The position numbers were made by a program, and so were the translations under genes. A stretch of 57,311 nt of DNA, filler included, from Asterionella formosa (taxonomy: Eukaryota): the NCBI GenBank assembly GCA_002256025.1. It is 4 parts of 4 records of this genome, joined end to end, with 100 filler letters (N's around TTAATTAATTAA, not from the genome) between each part and the next. Parts side by side here need not be neighbours in the genome. Positions count along the whole stretch, not along the records: positions 28,718 to 42,971 come from NKIB01006131.1; positions 43,072 to 57,311 come from NKIB01006138.1; 2 more parts are not named here. One strand, written 5' to 3'. The notes under the pieces were generated by a model. That model saw only the letters and a list, made by a program, of their open reading frames with translations, was not told where the DNA came from and made no database searches. How positions within the stretch are numbered: position 1 is the stretch's first letter; each line of letters starts with the position of its first letter. Shown here in pieces: positions 38,536 to 50,096 of the stretch.

Positions 38536-39719
38536 CTAAAAGCAATGATGATCGATTTATTGAGGAGGTTGATTGATATGTAACAATAAGCATATGTATA
38601 TGCATACCTATTTTGGCAAGAGCAAGCCATTTTGAGTATGAGCAAGCAAGTCTTGAAATATTCCGGGAAATTCTATATAATCATTCATGTCTAAACATCT
38701 TTTTATATAATGCACTGTTATTTATAACTGTAAAAAATTTGGGGGTTATGGGTACAACAATTTGTGTTATAATACACATGATATAATATTTTTTTATTAT
38801 CAAAGCGCGCCCACTATATTGTCAAAAGTGAGGTGAAGGTTCAAATCATTATATCGATCGTTGTATATCAGATGATGCGGTGACTTCTAAACTTACCCTA
38901 ATCCGTGTTCTTCATGGTTTTTTTGGTCGATCGACCATTTCAGGCAATCTATCAAGATGAACATCTTGCTCCAAATCTCAAACTAATTACATGGCTGACT
39001 AGCCTATATGCTTGGCAAGGAGCCAGAACTCTCAAAATCAATTTTTTTTTCAAGTTTTGATTGCAAAACTTGTTATTCTGCGTTTAATGGGTCACGGCAT
39101 TTCAAAATATTCTCAATGGGTCATGGCAGTGTTTTACTGGTACCAGGTAGTTTCCGCTGTTTCCATCCTGCTCAGCTTGTAGCCCGTGCAGGTATACTAT
39201 TACTATGATGATGACACGAACGACAGCTGTTCACGACCCATTTATGTCCCGTTCTTCGTGACCGCGAGATATGGAAAGAGTCATATACCATCCAATGTTC
39301 ATACAGCAGAGGAAACCCTGTCGCACAACGATGGTCACGACTAATGGCTGCTTCGGATCAATTCATTTGTGGTGACCCCGTTGTAGTTGTCCGGGGAGAA
39401 AAAGCGAAAGGGTCATAACTCGGACCAGCTTTTTGAGTGAACCGATTGTTCTTGAATCTACGAGCACCAAATGGACCTGACATACATAGCGATAAAATTG
39501 TCGCTCGTAGGTTAGTCCGAGAAGATAGACAGATGACGAGACCCAAGGAGTACCGGTATTTAAATCCGTAATGACCTTCTAACTATGTATGGTATATGAA
39601 TAAATATCTATTATTGTCAATTCAATGTTAAAGATTTTTATGGAAAGGCGTTTCAAGATTTGCACACCGATCGATGCCCACTCCACATTTTTCGCATTCC
39701 CCACATCCCATAGCATCAA

Positions 39720-41145
39720 ATGTTTACGACTTTTGTTCTCCTACTCACTTCTGTTGTTTCGGTCCACGGCCATGGGTATCTCCAAACGCCTCGCTCCCGC
39801 AACTACGTTGCTTCCCCTGAAGCTGAGGGAAAGGGAACATGGAATGGAGGTCCCACTGACCCACTCGTTGAATACGATGCTCCGGGTTTAAACGTTGTTG
39901 GTAAGAAGTGTATTTCATCATTCACAATCGTATTTTTCTACCATGATCCTGTCAACTCACTACTATCTTCCTGCTTTCCATCAAAAAACCACGACAGGAC
40001 CGCAGTGTGGCCAGCATGGTAACAGAAACTATGATTTCCCGAACTCTACCACTGGGGCACTCCTTGCTCCAAGAATCCAAGCCAATTACACTAGAGGGCA
40101 AACCATCACTGTTGAAGTCAAGGTAGGCAGGGATAATTCTACCACCATCATGCTGGCTTTTTCTCAGACCATTTCATTAACATACTGTACTTTTCCTTCA
40201 TTTTTGTTCCACATGACACAGATTTTTTCGCACCACGGTGGCCACTTTGAGTTTTACGCTTGCGCCATCACAGCTGGACAAAGTCCTAGTAAAGCATGTT
40301 TTCAAGCAAATCCATTGGAATTTGTGGAAGACTTGCTGTATGGGTCTCCAAAAGACGTCAACTACCCTTATAGGGCGTACATGGCCCCACCTGCCATTTC
40401 GAGCCCAAAGAACAATATGTTCAGTTACCGTATGAAACTACCAGGCAATGTTGTGGGTGATTTAGTCTTAATTCAGTGGTGGTGGTTGAGTGGAAACTCA
40501 TGTGACTATGCTGGTTACGAACAGTACACCTGGCCAGCAAGCTGGGGAAACATGGACCCAAACCTCTCCAAATGCATTGCTCCGGCCTACAGTGGAGCTG
40601 AGCAGTTCTGGAATTGTGCTGAAGTGAAAATTGCTGATATCAGCCAACCCACTACCACACCAGCTCCAGTGAAATTGACACCTGCTCCAGTATTGGCAAC
40701 TAAACAACCTACACCCACAAGAGCTCCAATGCGTCCTTCCACAACAGTTGCTCCTACTGTAAAACGAACGCCAGCTCCAACATTTAATGTTACCATTGTC
40801 AAGGTTGGTAATTTCTGTGGGAGCTCGTGGGCCAATGCTGGCCTTAAGTGTAGTATTTCTTGCAATGATGGAAACTCTACTGTCTGCAATGCTGGGGAGT
40901 ACTGTTATGCAGGTGTTTCTTGTCCTGTACCAAACACTGTGCCAACAAAAGCACCTGCATCGCCAGGGTACATCACTGCTGCTCCAGTACCTGCCCCATC
41001 ATCAGTTGTTACCTGTGGTGGGGGTCAACGTGGAAATGGCATTTGTCCCCAGACTGGCTGGTGTTGCTCAGTATGGGGATATTGTGGAACCGGAGCTCAA
41101 TATTGTACTCGTCGTAACCTTCATGGCTATGAGGAAGAAGAATGA
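39720..41145 (+). CDS. Secreted LPMO (AA10/AA15-like) with Cys-rich module and hevein/CBM18 domain, paralog 2; exons 39720-39900, 39998-40122, 40222-41145
   Basis: Same architecture and motifs as 31534-32958. GT-AG introns 39901-39997 and 40123-40221; the spliced frame is intact. Confidence 0.88.
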
Positions 41146-41709
41146 AGTTAAGGCGCAAGGTACCAGTAGTTTGCTACATTCTGACTGCAGGCGAAATGAT
41201 GCACTTAAGAAGTAAATTCCGGTATATGATTTAATAAAAGAAGTAAATTGACCAAAACTAAAGCCTTAATTTGTCTTGGATCAATGTAGGGTAACCGGAG
41301 TACTGGAAAGTGACTGTTCTGATTGGTCATCCTTCTTTTGACGTAGATGAAGTTTAGGAAAGCGACGTTTTTCCCTGCTATTTTCTGTGCCTACAGTGGT
41401 TACCTCCGCCACTTCGGCGACTATTGATATGCTTACATCATTGTCACATCGTTGTCACTGGCATCCTCATCTGGGTGCTCATCAACATGATCAATTTCTT
41501 AAAACGCTTCGTGGGAAGGAAAGTGGTCTTTCAGGCACTTGCTCAGCTTCACGGAGCTCCTTAGGCACATGAAAACGTCACTGTTGGGACTTCGCAGATG
41601 CAGTGAACACAAATAGAAGCACAGGTGGAAGACAGCAGTGTTACTTATCAGAAAGCTGGATGTATCAATTTCATCAATTCTCCACGAAGGCATAATTAGC
41701 TATAAGGTT

Positions 41710-41860
41710 GTTGCTAACCGTTGACCCAAACCAAAACCCAAAAACTTATTTTTGAATTGGTTTTGGTTTTGGTTTTGGTCAACTGAGGCCGTTGCTAACC
41801 GTTGACCCAAACCAAAACCCAAAAACATTTTTTTTTGATTGGTTTTGGTTTTGGTCAATT
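41710..41860. repeat. Two tandem hairpin-forming units of about 80 bp (AAACC/GGTTT arrays)
   Basis: GTTGCTAACCGTTGACCCAAACCAAAACCCAAAAAC...TTGGTTTTGGTTTTGGTCAA occurs twice, starting just after the end of the duplicated segment. Confidence 0.8.
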
Positions 41861-42040
41861 GACGAAAAAACGATGCTATCGGTTTTTGGGAAATCCTAAA
41901 TGCTGTCAATCACCCATCTACTGTGACGTAGGATGACAAAACCATTATAAAAAAAGTAAAATATTTCTATTACCGGTAGACTAGTTATATAAATGAAATA
42001 TTATGATTCCCATTTGGGAATTAGTTAGTTTTTCCCGCAG

Positions 42041-42204
42041 GTGATTTCACTGTTGTTCCTTCGGAAGGATCATTGAGCAGCAAGGAAGGAATTGACTTCG
42101 TGGTCAAGTTCAAGCCCACTAATCCTGGGGCAGTGGACGGCTATCTTGTCATTGATACGGAGGATATGAAGAAAACTTGGAAGGTTATTGGAAGCACTGC
42201 GTAA
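42041..42204 (+). pseudogene. Orphan terminal exon of a host gene (beta-sandwich-like peptide)
   Basis: The acceptor TTTTTCCCGCAG is followed by an open frame DFTVVPSEGSLSSKEGIDFVVKFKPTNPGAVDGYLVIDTEDMKKTWKVIGSTA* with coding-like composition. No upstream exon is evident. Confidence 0.6.
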
Positions 42205-42971
42205 ATATGTCGTTTGCTTGTAGTTTGATCTTTATGATTACATCTCTAGCTATACCAATACTGGATGTGATGATGGCAAATTGAAGCGACCTTTTCAATC
42301 GTGCAACGCTCTAGCTTGTGAATTGAGTAGGTCTAATTTGATTGTCGAGTAATAGTCATTGTAACTTCTTCGAAAGTAGATCCATAGTGCTGCGATGATT
42401 TGTTGTTGTTGTTGTTGCTGTTGTTGTTCTCGCCAGTGTGGTACCAGTAGAAAACTGCTGTGACCCACTAAAAAAAAATTGGAACTGCTGTGACCCACTG
42501 AACAGGAGAAAAACACGGTTTGACCCTCCCAAATGCAGATTTGTTAATTTTAAAACTTCGACCCTAATCTTGAGCATGTACGCTTTAAGGCTATGTCATT
42601 AGATAGTAGTTTATAGCAATTTGTTTCTCCTAAAATATGGGTTGAAAAGTGCGATCGACGAAAATGTTGCCAGAACACGGATTACCCCATGTTTAGAGGA
42701 TTCATTGTTATATGATATACGCAGCTTGATACAAAAATATCGCCTTCGATTTATTTGTTGTATGATTCCTGTCATATCCTTATCCCTGTCACTTGATAGT
42801 GCCTAAGTAACTTGAGCATCATAAACTGGCGCCCTATCACCCAAACACTTGAAAGGAAATGAGTACATACCAGTATACAATTTTCAGCTCATAATATGCA
42901 TCCAATTTATGGCAAAAAAGAAATCGACTGTGCCTTCGGGCAAGGCGGCTCAGTCTATTAGCAGCGCAAAC

Positions 42972-43071
42972 NNNNNNNNNNNNNNNNNNNNNNNNNNNNN
43001 NNNNNNNNNNNNNNNTTAATTAATTAANNNNNNNNNNNNNNNNNNNNNNNNNNNNNNNNNNNNNNNNNNNN
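42972..43071. other. Assembly gap with linker
   Basis: N-run with TTAATTAATTAA. Confidence 0.97.
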
Positions 43072-44820
43072 ATGAACATGGAAAGAATAGACATGTAGTG
43101 GTATGATGGTGGAGTCTGATTGAAAAAATATTGAATGAAATCCTTCGGCATATTGAAAGGTTGATGGCTAACTACTACTTAAGAACTGGAACAACCTGAG
43201 TCAAACAGAGCATATCGAAAGTTTGTTTACATCGCTCGCTCATGTTTTATGTTTCACAATATACTATTAACAGTGCAGCTTCTGACACACAGCACCTGGC
43301 AGTCACTGTGCAAGGTGACTGCATCATGGAATTACATATTTGTACACAAATGGCAAAATTGCTGCTGTGATTACAAAATAGATAATGGTATTGAACCTAA
43401 CTACTTTTAAATCATTATGAAGAATTTCATCGAAGTATGAAACTATTAAGATAGCTTCTTACCATTTATTAAGTTACTATAATACTTAACAAAATTCATG
43501 GATATTTTTATTCCCAAATTTGTTGTTGCTCAAGTGCGCTGTACACCAAGAAGCATGCAGTATTACATCAAATGTTCTGGAGATTTCCAATACCATCATG
43601 GCAAATGCATGGAACAAACCAATGTATTGAAATCAATGCAAAGGTGTTCACTATTGATGACTTGGCAGTCAATGCAAATCCAACCAATTTATTGACAATC
43701 ATTCAACACATCAGTAGGTGTAGTAAAAGGTATTGGTGTTGCGCTTGAACTCCTTAGAGTGAGGAAGGAAGCCACAGTTAGAGAAGCCTCATTTCTAACA
43801 CACTGATACACTCACCATGACACTTTTGTCAGCAAGTGCAGAAGAAATCATTACACTTGTCGTCATCTCGACATCACAAGTTTGTTGGAGAGAACATGTT
43901 AAAACAATTTAATACAGCTACATGATGTTAATCTTCAGGGATTGTATGCTTGAAACTCCTCTCATATAGATCAAGCGGCAGCAATTTCATTGGTTTTCCC
44001 CTTTCAAGTTTGTGCTGCTTGAAAATTGAGCGTCAACATATCTATCATGGTAGACTAGTTGGTTTTTGTTTTGCTTGGAGATGAAAAGTCATTATCATGA
44101 ACAATTGCAACAGCAATATCAATGGTGATGACAATAATGACAATGATTACTGGGATTACAATGATAACAACAATGAAAATGGTTACGATGATGAACCTGA
44201 TGATTATGTTGAACAAGGACAACTGAATAATAATGAATGTATAGCAACTACCAGGCTATTCATGTATAAATACATATCAAAATATGAGGTCATTTACTGT
44301 GTTTTGGGTCATTTGATGTATGAATTAATTCTAATCATCAGGACCATAACAAGGAGGAAATGAGTTTTCCTGAAAACAAAATACAAAGATTGTGCATGAT
44401 ATCTTTTTAACCTTGGATGTTCACATTTCAGGCACAGTATGCTTTGGCCTTACAAAATGAGAAATCAATGATAGAGATTGAAGGTTTCTTTTCCTTGCTC
44501 CTCAGAAATCGAGCAAGAAGAGCAAAAAACGCAGCAGAACTCAAATACTGGTGCCCAGAAATGGTCCAAAACGATGCAATACAAAGAGCGAGATGGTACC
44601 AGTAGTTCCAGTTATGGGCCTGATGAGTCCGTTTTGGTGCACTTTAGTTTCTTTCTGAAAAACGTGATGCGAGGTCGATTTTTGATATCCGAAATTTTGT
44701 AAGTGTCCCCGTTCCGGTTGAGCAGCATAAAATTTCGATATTATTCGGGTTTAGAGTCGGGAGGCATTAACAGCCTACAGGTGAAGCACGTTACATAGAC
44801 CACTAGCGTTATACCGGTAG

Positions 44821-45495
44821 GTGATTTCTAAGATATTTTTGCTTTTTCGACAAATGTCTCAAAAATAGTGAGCTGAAACGTCCATTGCTAACGCCTTGGG
44901 ACAGGCTTATTTCTTGGTGATCATTATAGAAAGGTCATTCATAAATGTCAGCATTTTTTGTTAATACAGAGTAAAATGTACCACCGGTTAGCACAAGAAG
45001 GTCATCAAATGAAACTTAGCGTAAGTTCCTGTACATTTTGGTGATTTCTAAGATATTTTTTGCTTCTTTTTTCGACAAATGTCTCGAAGATGATGGGATG
45101 AAACGACAATTGCTAACGCCTTGGGACAGGCTTATTCGTGTTGATATTTATAGAAAGGTAATGCATAAATGTCGACCGTTTTTGTCAATACAGACTTGTA
45201 GAATATAATACCGGTTAGCACAAGAAGGTTATCAAATGAAACCTACCGTAACCTTACGTACATTTATTTAGGTTGTTTGATATGTTTGCTTTTTTCGACA
45301 AATGTCTCGAAGATGATGAGCTGAAAAGACAATTGCTAACGCCTTTAGGACAGGCCTATGTCGTGTGATAATTATATATAGAATGGTCATGCATAAATGT
45401 CAGCATTTTTGTTAATATACAGACTACTGGTATAACACCTGTTAGTTAGCGCAAGAAGGTTATCAAATGAAATTTACTGTAACCTCACGTACTAC
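44821..45495. repeat. Tandem array, 3 copies of a 220-235 bp unit
   Basis: TTTTTCGACAAATGTCTC...TTGCTAACGCC...GGACAGGC...CATAAATGTC...CAAGAAGGT.ATCAAATGAAA recurs from about 44821, 45041 and 45272. Confidence 0.92.
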
Positions 45496-45579
45496 GAATG
45501 CCACTTAAAGTTTTGAATGCTTTACACGCAATCAAAGGTTTCAAAGTTGGGTTTCATCATCTAGAGGAGTACCAAGATC

Positions 45580-47202
45580 ATGACTTCTGAAAGTTCAACT
45601 CCAGAAGAAGCAAGCGGCCCAACGAAAGTCGCTTTTAAGCGCTCGGTTTCTGAGATTGCTTCTGATGAATCATCTGGTAAACTCACTGCGCCAGGATGGC
45701 TCAGCTGGTTTGAGAAGCCGTTCCTCATCAAGGCTCCAACGTCGGGAAAGTATCTTCCTGAAGTGACGGCAAGCGCCATGGACGCGGCCGCTCGAGGACC
45801 GATCAACATGACTCGAACCTTCATTGGCGCGAGTATTTTGCGACTCGCCCTTGCTGACGCTGGTTGCAAGAACCCATCGACCTGTCATGTAAAGTTGCAT
45901 GGGCTGAAACCCTCCAGTCTTCTTACGACCGCGACTGCCATTGTTGGCGTCGTCGCGGCGTTGACCATGCCCATCGTCGGCGCTGTGGTAGACCATACCA
46001 AGTACCGTAAAATTGTTGGGGCAACGACCGCTTTCCTCCTAGTCTGTGTGGTCGGCGGAGAAGTTGCAATCAACGAAAATAACTGGTTTGTTATGCTTTG
46101 CTTGGAAGCGATTGGGAGTTATGTGATAATCATGCACATTACTTCAGTCTTTGCCTATTTGCCCGATCTATCCTACTATGAAAGTGATTACATCACTTAT
46201 ACAACTGGATTCAACTTTCGACAATTTGGATCGCAATTATTGCTTGCGTCGTTGGTGGTTACCGTTGGAATAGCAAGGCCGGCCCCCAACGCCGTCGTGG
46301 GCGCGGTACGAACAGGTAGAGTTTCGGCGAGCATTTCTTTGGTATTGGTCGCTTCCTTGTTGGGATATGCTTGGACTTTCTTGTTCAGGAAACGACCAGC
46401 CCTTGCCGTTATACCTCCTGGTCAAAACTTGCTCACGGTGGGGTTCATTAGACTCAAAAGGACGATCGTCAAGATCAACAGCAACTATGGCGCTCTCAGA
46501 TGGTTCATGATATCGTTGTTGTTCAGTCCTGATGCGAACGGAGGTGTGATATTCAGTATCACAACCACCTTCCTCACGGTCTTCCTTCATATGACATCTC
46601 AACAAGTTGCCATCGTTTCACTAATTATGTTGGCTTTTAATACCCTTGGATCTTTCGTTTCCAGGCGCCTATGCCGTTTGATTAACCCTCTAAATGCGTA
46701 CAGGTTTGCTCTTTGCGCGTTTATTTTTGTCACGGCCATTTCTGCAACTATTTTGACTGGACCAGAGCGAAAGAATTGGGCTTACGGTATTGCAGCCATA
46801 TGGGGAACAAATCTTGGAACAATGTATCCCAGCCAGCGAGTGCTATATTGTACACTTATTCCAAGGAAGCAAGAAATGGAATTCATGGGCTTGTTCGCTT
46901 TTTGTGGAAACATTCTGAGCTGGTTGCCTCCATTGGTGTTCACCAGCCTTAACGAACGAGGTGTTAGCATGCAATGGGGTCTTGCCGTCATTCCTTTCTT
47001 CTTGTCCTGCTCCCTTTTTTGGACTCTCTTAATAGGTAACTACGACGTGGCAGTTTCACAGGTGGCGGGTGAAGGGCAAGTTGGTATTGACGCGGAGAAT
47101 GGTGCTGTTGACAGTCAGGCTGTCGAGGTCGAGGCAGCGGTACAATCAACTACATCACCTGACGCCAATAACATTTCGGAAGGGGACGCAGGAAATGTTT
47201 AG
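45580..47202 (+). CDS. MFS transporter, Atg22/UMF1-like (540 aa)
   Basis: About 11-12 hydrophobic segments; MPIVGAVVDHTKYRK (motif-A-like loop), AYLPDL, and RVLYCTLIPRKQEMEFMGLFAFCGNILSWLPPLVF. Confidence 0.85.
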   Translation: MTSESSTPEEASGPTKVAFKRSVSEIASDESSGKLTAPGWLSWFEKPFLIKAPTSGKYLPEVTASAMDAAARGPINMTRTFIGASILRLALADAGCKNPSTCHVKLHGLKPSSLLTTATAIVGVVAALTMPIVGAVVDHTKYRKIVGATTAFLLVCVVGGEVAINENNWFVMLCLEAIGSYVIIMHITSVFAYLPDLSYYESDYITYTTGFNFRQFGSQLLLASLVVTVGIARPAPNAVVGAVRTGRVSASISLVLVASLLGYAWTFLFRKRPALAVIPPGQNLLTVGFIRLKRTIVKINSNYGALRWFMISLLFSPDANGGVIFSITTTFLTVFLHMTSQQVAIVSLIMLAFNTLGSFVSRRLCRLINPLNAYRFALCAFIFVTAISATILTGPERKNWAYGIAAIWGTNLGTMYPSQRVLYCTLIPRKQEMEFMGLFAFCGNILSWLPPLVFTSLNERGVSMQWGLAVIPFFLSCSLFWTLLIGNYDVAVSQVAGEGQVGIDAENGAVDSQAVEVEAAVQSTTSPDANNISEGDAGNV

Positions 47203-47335
47203 GGCATGTATTTGAAGAATGAGAAAGCTGTCACTAAGACTCGAGCGCAATGATTTTTCACTCGTTGGACACATGGGGAGTTATGCTTTTGAACTTTTAT
47301 AGATTATTGTTTAAGTTAGCAAGTAGTGGTAGCAT

Positions 47336-49508
47336 CTATGTTATGACGGTAGGGGCATCTCTACCAGTCAACTTTTCCATTTGAACTAATCCCAGAGCTC
47401 GGTCAGCGAGGGCTTTAAGCATGGTCGGTGCTGCTTCTCCGTGTTTCGCCGTGTCCATCTCAAACTTCTCCAAGTACATTCGAACTGTGGCGCCTGCTGA
47501 CCCCGTTCCACTGAGACGAAAAACGACTCGAGCAGGGTCCCCAGTGGGATATTCGAATGACAGAATCAAACCTTGTTTGGACGTCTGCGATCCGTCGACA
47601 GGGTCAGTGTAAGCAAATTCAACCGCATCAACCAGCTTAATATCAGATTCATCGGCTTCCACCGTAGAGACGTCAGTGCCTACATATTTCTCACGAATCA
47701 AATCCATGACTCCGTTTGCTGCTCCGGCGTCAACGGCTATGGAGAGAGAAAGACAATCTTACATTAGCCCAAAATGTGGTTCAGCATTCCCTTCCATGGT
47801 GATTTTCAAAATAACTTACCTTCGTAGTCATATCTGCAATAGAAATGACGACCATATGTTGCCCAGTGCTTCATAACGATATCTTTGACTCCTACTAAAG
47901 GCTTAGTTTCGGCCACGCCCTCGTTAGCCTTCATCAAAATTGACATCCAGGCCAATACGGCCCAAAGCCCGTCTTTTTCCCGGATATGGTCGCTTCCTGT
48001 CCCGAACGATTCCTCGCCGCATAGGAATGGAGTGTAGTCGGTCTTTCCAAACATTTCCTTAGAGCTCATCAAATTGCCAAAAAATTTCCAGCCTGTTGGC
48101 GTGCAGAAACAAGGGATCTGACGGGCTTCAGCAACAACATCCAGAGCAGCAGATGATGGCATGGATCTAGCAACACCACGAGGACCACCTGCCTTTGCAA
48201 AGTGAGGAATTGCTTCCCAATTATCACAGATTAAAGCAAGACTATCTGATGGGGTTACAAAAAAGGCAGCTCCTGCAATCAAGTTGCGATCACCGTCTCC
48301 ATCGTTGGCTGCACCAAGAGTTGGTAGAGATTCTATATCAGCAGTCTCGTCGGCACTTCCGTCAGGTTTAAGGCCCATCCTCTTAACAAGCTCAGAGGCA
48401 TAAGTCAAATTAGGATCAGGATGGCAACCTCCAAAATCTGGTCGGGGATCACATCTCATCAATGAGGACTCTGGCAAACCCAACTCTTCGAGGAGTACTC
48501 TCTTGGCAAAGGGCCCACCAGCCCCATGCATGCCATCAAATAAAATCGAAAACGAGGGATGCTTTCCGAACTCTTGAAGTGCACTGAAATCAAAACACTC
48601 CTTCAATGTAGCAACATATTGTTCGAAAGGATCAATGATTGACACAATTGATCCCGGAGTCAACGCATACGTGGTTCCAACAGGTGCATCGAAATCAATA
48701 TCATCACAGTTTTCCAAAGTTTTAAAGCAATTAATTTCCAAGGACTTTTCATAAAGCTAGGTCGCAGCAGTAGCAGGAGCAGAAAAATGTGAGGGGACGG
48801 ATAAAAAACTTGTCGTACGCCACAAAAATCCTTGATTGATACTTACTGCATCGGTAAATTCCTCGCCTGCGGGTTGACCAAAACCTTCGTTGTATTTGAT
48901 TCCAAAATCCTCACCTGGTCCGCCTGGATTATGCGACGCTGTCAAGACAATTCCTCCTTGAGCTTGTCCTCCTTCACGTGTTCTGATGGCAGCACTAACA
49001 GCTGGAGTGGACATAATCCCCCCTTTGGGGACCCAAATGTTCGAGACCCCATTCGCAGCAAGGACTCGACAGATAATTTGCATTGCTTCGGTATTATAGT
49101 AGCGACCATCTCCTGCAATAATAACACTACAAATAAAGCTCAAATATGTCAGTTGAGAAAACATAGAATGAAGCTGCACATGGTGCAAATCAGATTGAAA
49201 ATATAGACTCACGTGTGGAGCATTTCGCCTCCGTTATTGTCCTTGGCAGTGTCCAGCAACGATTGGATGAAGTTTTCTACATAGTTTTTGTTGCCTGGAT
49301 CAGTTGCTTGCCATACTTCAACTTTCTTTCTTAGTCCTGATGTCCCTGGCTTCATGCCTGCAATCGCTTTAGTAGGAAGCTCGACAGCTGCCGACGCCAT
49401 GTGACGAGTTGAAAATGACAGTGATTTCTTTGCGAAAGCGGTAGGAATGAAAGCATCAATCGATGCCGTCATTAGCAACACGAGTGTTGTGACGAGGGAG
49501 AATCTCAT
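47336..49508 (-). CDS. PGM: Phosphoglucomutase, predicted plastid-targeted; exons 49508-49213, 49126-48847, 48756-47820, 47736-47336
   Basis: KPGTSGLRKKV, LTASHNPGG (catalytic Ser), DGDGDR (metal loop), GEESFGTGSDHIREKDG, FRLSGTGSAGATVRMY and PTVIT. Three GT-AG introns (49212-49127, 48846-48757, 47819-47737) keep the frame. The signal peptide ends IDA|FIP and is followed by a Ser/Lys-rich transit-like segment. Confidence 0.96.
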
Positions 49509-50096
49509 TTGTTCTGAGAGTTAAATGTGAAAATGTACAACGAAGGCGTCTAAAGAAAGGACGAGGCTGTTTCTTAATTTTCTTGCCGTCCTTTAGTTGA
49601 TGTCACTTCATACAAATGTTAAGTGCATGAGCTGAGGAAACCTCCAACCTCACATGAAGAATCATCAGCTGACATGAGCGAAAGATTCGTCTTGATCAGA
49701 TGTGCGGATCGCGTGCATAATCCAATAGTACCAGGGACCAGGTACCTGCTACCTGGTGCCATGAAAAAGTACGTACGGGTGTTTCCATGTGGAATACATA
49801 AAGAGTAAAAACATCACATTACGCAATGGACGATGTTAACTGCAAGTTGCGGTAATTTTGCTATATATAGTTCCACCTACGACTTCGTACAATCAATACT
49901 GATTCCATTTCCAAATTGAGTTGCATTTCAGTTTTACCGGACACTTCGACATTTGCGTGGGTCAGATATGAACAGGCTACATACAATATATTCCACACAC
50001 GAGAGTACCAGAGGACGAAATCCAGAATCCGTTCGTATGCCATACTTGATGTCGAAATCAACAGAACGACATAATAAATAATATTTATTATTTTAA

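Larger units (their letters stand above)
35752..38812. mobile_element. Near full-length PIF/Harbinger-group (Pangu-like) DNA transposon with about 55-bp TIRs and ACT target-site duplication
   Basis: The left end GGGCGCGCTCTGATAATAAAAAATTATTATATCATGTG... matches the right end ...CACATGATATAATATTTTTTTATTATCAAAGCGCGCCC. ACT flanks both sides (35749-35751 and 38813-38815). Two convergent ORFs lie inside. Confidence 0.9.

Noticed and set aside
37572..38645. 357-aa ORF as an intact gene
   Set aside because: Only its 3' part is in the Myb-like frame; the 5' part is an off-frame reading of the frameshifted transposon ORF.
39895..41145. 416-aa ORF (and 331-aa ORF at 31963-32958) as complete proteins
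   Set aside because: They read through introns and lack the signal peptide and His1 exon; the spliced models fit better.
44097..44363. Asn/Asp-rich ORF
   Set aside because: Low-complexity AAT/GAT sequence in decayed DNA, with no domain or gene-structure support.
44821..45495. CRISPR-like array or ncRNA cluster
   Set aside because: Long, fully repeated units without variable spacers or a recognisable RNA motif.
45580..49508. MFS transporter, PGM and LPMOs as a chitin-utilisation gene cluster
   Set aside because: The PGM appears plastid-targeted and is PGM1-type rather than a phosphoacetylglucosamine mutase. The transporter is Atg22-like, and an assembly gap separates both from the LPMOs. 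There is no evidence beyond proximity.
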